A DNA stretch of 64,000 nt from Prochlorococcus sp. AG-347-B23 (GTDB taxonomy: Bacteria > Cyanobacteriota > Cyanobacteriia > PCC-6307 > Cyanobiaceae), in contig QCBE01000004.1 in assembly GCA_003281715.1 (NCBI GenBank), forward strand, positions 7,932 to 71,931. Direction: 5' to 3'. A model generated the notes under the pieces. The model did no database searches and was not told the DNA's origin. It saw only the letters and a program-made list of their open reading frames with translations. The position numbers and the translations under genes were made by a program. Below, one piece after another: positions 61,588 to 64,000 of the stretch. Numbering within the stretch: position 1 is the first letter of the stretch; every line of letters begins with the position of its first letter.

Positions 61588-61669
61588 TGGGAGCGGTCGG
61601 ACTTGAACCGACATACCCGAAGGTGCCGCATTTTGAGTGCGGTGCGTCTACCAATTCCACCACGCTCCC
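61588..61669 (-). tRNA. tRNA-Leu(CAA)
   Basis: GGGAGCGTGGTGGAATTGGTAGACGCACCGCACTCAAAATGCGGCACCTTCGGGTATGTCGGTTCAAGTCCGACCGCTCCCA; long variable arm, anticodon CAA. Confidence 0.97.
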
Positions 61670-61948
61670 AAGGCTTTTGAAAAAATGAACTTTTTTATTA
61701 TAACAAAAATCAACTTGTTGACTATTGTTTTGATTAAGGAACAGTGATCAAGATAAAGTTTGTTAATAGTTAATCTTTTTCGACAAAAACATAGAATTAT
61801 TTATTGCATTTGCTGACAAGAAATAAGGGAAAAAAGAAAATTTAAACATTTATGATACATTTTTGTGATTAAATACGCTTAAAGTCTTTTTTTAAAAGGA
61901 GATAGCTTCATGATTAGTAATATTGTGTTATATTTAATAAAAAAACAG

Positions 61949-62056
61949 ATGTCTAAAATCCAAGCTAAAAAATTATCCTTTAAATTTGTTCCTTATCTTT
62001 TTATTGCGGTGACTATACTGACAACTTTCGGATCTAATAGCGGAACTTGGGCATGA
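61949..62056 (+). CDS. Putative membrane micropeptide A (35 aa), absent from ORF track
   Basis: MSKIQAKKLSFKFVPYLFIAVTILTTFGSNSGTWA*: basic N terminus plus hydrophobic helix. Confidence 0.55.
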   Translation: MSKIQAKKLSFKFVPYLFIAVTILTTFGSNSGTWA

Positions 62057-62163
62057 ACGAATTCAAATTTAATGGTTTAAATAAAAATTGGTCTAATCGT
62101 TTTCTGGTTTTGTTTATCTTATTTTTGGGTTGTATTTCACTAATCAATATTGCTTACGTTTGA
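62053..62163 (+). CDS. Putative membrane micropeptide B (36 aa), absent from ORF track
   Basis: MNEFKFNGLNKNWSNRFLVLFILFLGCISLINIAYV*; ATGA overlap with peptide A. Confidence 0.5.
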   Translation: MNEFKFNGLNKNWSNRFLVLFILFLGCISLINIAYV

Positions 62164-62202
62164 ATCAACCTTCTTGGTTTTAAAAATATTTTTGGAAAAA
62201 GA

Positions 62203-63573
62203 CTAAGCTGCTTCGAGTTTCGAAATATTCTCAGATTTAGGTTCAATTTTATATCCATTCTCCTCAAAAGCATTTTTACTGATCTCTCTAATTATTTTTA
62301 CACCTAAATTTTTTAGTTTTAATTCAAAATTTTCATAACCTCTATCTAAATGTTCTAATCCATAGATCTTACTACAACCTTTTGCGATGATTCCTGCGAT
62401 TATTAATGCAGCTGATGACCTTAAATCTGAGCCAACTAGATTCATCCCATTAATTGTTTTAACACCTTTAATGTAAGCTACGTTTTTGTTTAGTTTTATA
62501 CGGGCGCCCATTTCATTAAGTAAATAAATATGATTCATTCTGTTTTCGAAAATTGTTTCAGTTATCTTTGATTCACCATTTGCGATTGTCATTAGAGCTG
62601 TAAATGGTGCCTGCAAATCAGTAGGAAAGCCTGGAAAAGGGGCTGTTTCAATATCTACTCCTTTAATCTCTTTGCTCTTGATAGAAATCGAATTACCTTT
62701 AATCGTTATTTTACTACCACTCTCTTGAAGCTTATTAGTAACAGCTTCAAGATGATGAGGGATTACTGGAGAAATTGTTATTGAAGAGGAAGTTGCAGCA
62801 GCCGCTATTAGAAAAGTTCCAGCTTCTATTCGGTCTGGAATTACTTTATGGGTACACCCCCCAAGCTTATTAACACCATCAATGATAATTGTTTCTTTAC
62901 CGGAGTCATAAATTTTTGCCCCCATTTTATTAAGCATTTGGCATAAATCTTGAACTTCAGGCTCTCTAGCAGCATTTTCAATAGTGGTTCTTCCTTTGGC
63001 TAAAGATGCTGCCATTATTAAAGTTTCAGTCGCACCTACACTTGGACAATTTAATTTAATATGAGTGCCATGAAGTCTATTTTTGTTCCCTCTTATTTTT
63101 GCCTTGACAATTCCCTCTTCAATAATAATGTCTGCTCCTAATGCGATTAGTCCATTAATGTGCTCGTCTACTGGCCTTGAACCAATATTGCATCCACCTG
63201 GTAATGGTACTTGAGCTTCTCCAAATTTAGTTAATAGTGCGCCTATACAAAAGAAACTAGCTCTTAATCCTTTAACAAGTTCATATGGAAGTTCTTTAAT
63301 CGAAATAGTTGTTGGATCTATTTCTAGCTGCTTGTTTTTTCGTAGTAAATTAACTCCTAAATTCTTTAGGATGTTACCCATCTTTTCAATATCAGTGAGA
63401 AAAGGTACATTTTCAAGAATTAATTTTTCATTAGTTAGCAATGATGAGGCTAATAAAACTAAGGCGGAATTCTTCGCACCACTTATTTCAACTATTCCAT
63501 TTAACTTGCCTTGGCCAAGAATCTTTAAATTTTGCGATTTAAGATATGACTTCGTTTTGCTTCCGCAAATCAT
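62203..63573 (-). CDS. murA: UDP-N-acetylglucosamine 1-carboxyvinyltransferase
   Basis: SGAKNS, LRAS, LPGGCNIGSRP, SVGATE, PGFPTDLQ, DRGYE. Confidence 0.98.
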   Translation of the reverse strand: MICGSKTKSYLKSQNLKILGQGKLNGIVEISGAKNSALVLLASSLLTNEKLILENVPFLTDIEKMGNILKNLGVNLLRKNKQLEIDPTTISIKELPYELVKGLRASFFCIGALLTKFGEAQVPLPGGCNIGSRPVDEHINGLIALGADIIIEEGIVKAKIRGNKNRLHGTHIKLNCPSVGATETLIMAASLAKGRTTIENAAREPEVQDLCQMLNKMGAKIYDSGKETIIIDGVNKLGGCTHKVIPDRIEAGTFLIAAAATSSSITISPVIPHHLEAVTNKLQESGSKITIKGNSISIKSKEIKGVDIETAPFPGFPTDLQAPFTALMTIANGESKITETIFENRMNHIYLLNEMGARIKLNKNVAYIKGVKTINGMNLVGSDLRSSAALIIAGIIAKGCSKIYGLEHLDRGYENFELKLKNLGVKIIREISKNAFEENGYKIEPKSENISKLEAA

Positions 63574-63732
63574 TAAGACTTAATTTATTAGATTCATCAT
63601 GACAAACTAATAATATTAAGTCCACCCTATGTAACGTCATGAATATTAATTAAAAGTGAAAATGTATTTTTTGATTTCTTGGGAAATAAAAATTTAATAA
63701 ATAATTGATCAAAATATTTATGTAATTAAAAT

Positions 63733-64000
63733 ATAGTTGATAACAAATTTTTCAAATTACTCATAGAAAATACTTTTTCAAAAATAACTAGTAAAAACAA
63801 TAATCTAGTTAAAAGATTTAGATCATTTAAAAGAGGATCATCTCCAAAAGATCAAGACTTTTTTTGCATAGAGGGTACACATCTCATTGAAGAATTGCTG
63901 AAGTCTGGAAAAAATCCCTCTAAGATTTTAGTTACCGAAAAATGGCTAAGAAAGAATCAAAATCTAAGCAAAAAATTTCATCAGTCATTAATAAATATTG
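63733..64000 (+). CDS. TrmH/SpoU family RNA methyltransferase, 5' part (runs off window; start unclear)
   Basis: Manual translation ..KITSKNNNLVKRFRSF...FFCIEGTHLIEELL.. matches the SpoU N-terminal ITSxxNxxVK and EGxHLxxE patterns. Confidence 0.75.
   Translation, partial: MVDNKFFKLLIENTFSKITSKNNNLVKRFRSFKRGSSPKDQDFFCIEGTHLIEELLKSGKNPSKILVTEKWLRKNQNLSKKFHQSLINI

Noticed and set aside
61482-61688. 68-aa plus-strand ORF and the 27-aa N-terminal extension of argD
   Set aside because: Both overlap tRNA-Leu(CAA); ArgD similarity begins at MNTY
4222-63583. Numerous 60-160 aa ORFs nested in or antisense to identified genes (e.g. 11329-11811, 21597-21920, 51621-51911)
   Set aside because: Shadow frames of well-supported CDS with no motifs or independent signals
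1-64000. CRISPR array, integrase, transposase, prophage or defence operon
   Set aside because: No regularly spaced direct repeats and no ORF with such motifs; tRNA-Gly, -His and -Leu are followed directly by housekeeping genes

Overview
Low-GC (about 30%, estimated by eye), very densely packed cyanobacterial chromosome segment. Gene content and order (petF-prmA-serA, rplU directly beside kaiB-kaiC with no kaiA, nblS, an hli gene, clpR-clpP, ftsQ-ftsZ) point to high-light-adapted Prochlorococcus. Most of the window is core genome: about 60 CDS, four tRNAs (Val-GAC, Gly-TCC, His-GTG, Leu-CAA; none encodes CCA) and the SRP RNA. I see no CRISPR, integrase, transposase or prophage, and no large self-contained novel system that I can support. 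The best leads are: (i) a roughly 5.6 kb accessory-looking patch between the tRNA-Val 3' end and murD, containing an adenylation-domain-only LigA homologue with substituted catalytic residues, divergent from a domain-inverted photolyase; (ii) two unannotated, ATGA-coupled 35/36-aa membrane micropeptides between tRNA-Leu and murA; (iii) argD starting 5 nt after the tRNA-Leu 3' end; (iv) a LexA-like box in front of a stand-alone GIY-YIG nuclease; (v) an MFS-mlaE-DUF3119-DUF3086-plsY run that may be a lipid-trafficking module. All calls come from reading motifs by eye; no database searches were run.
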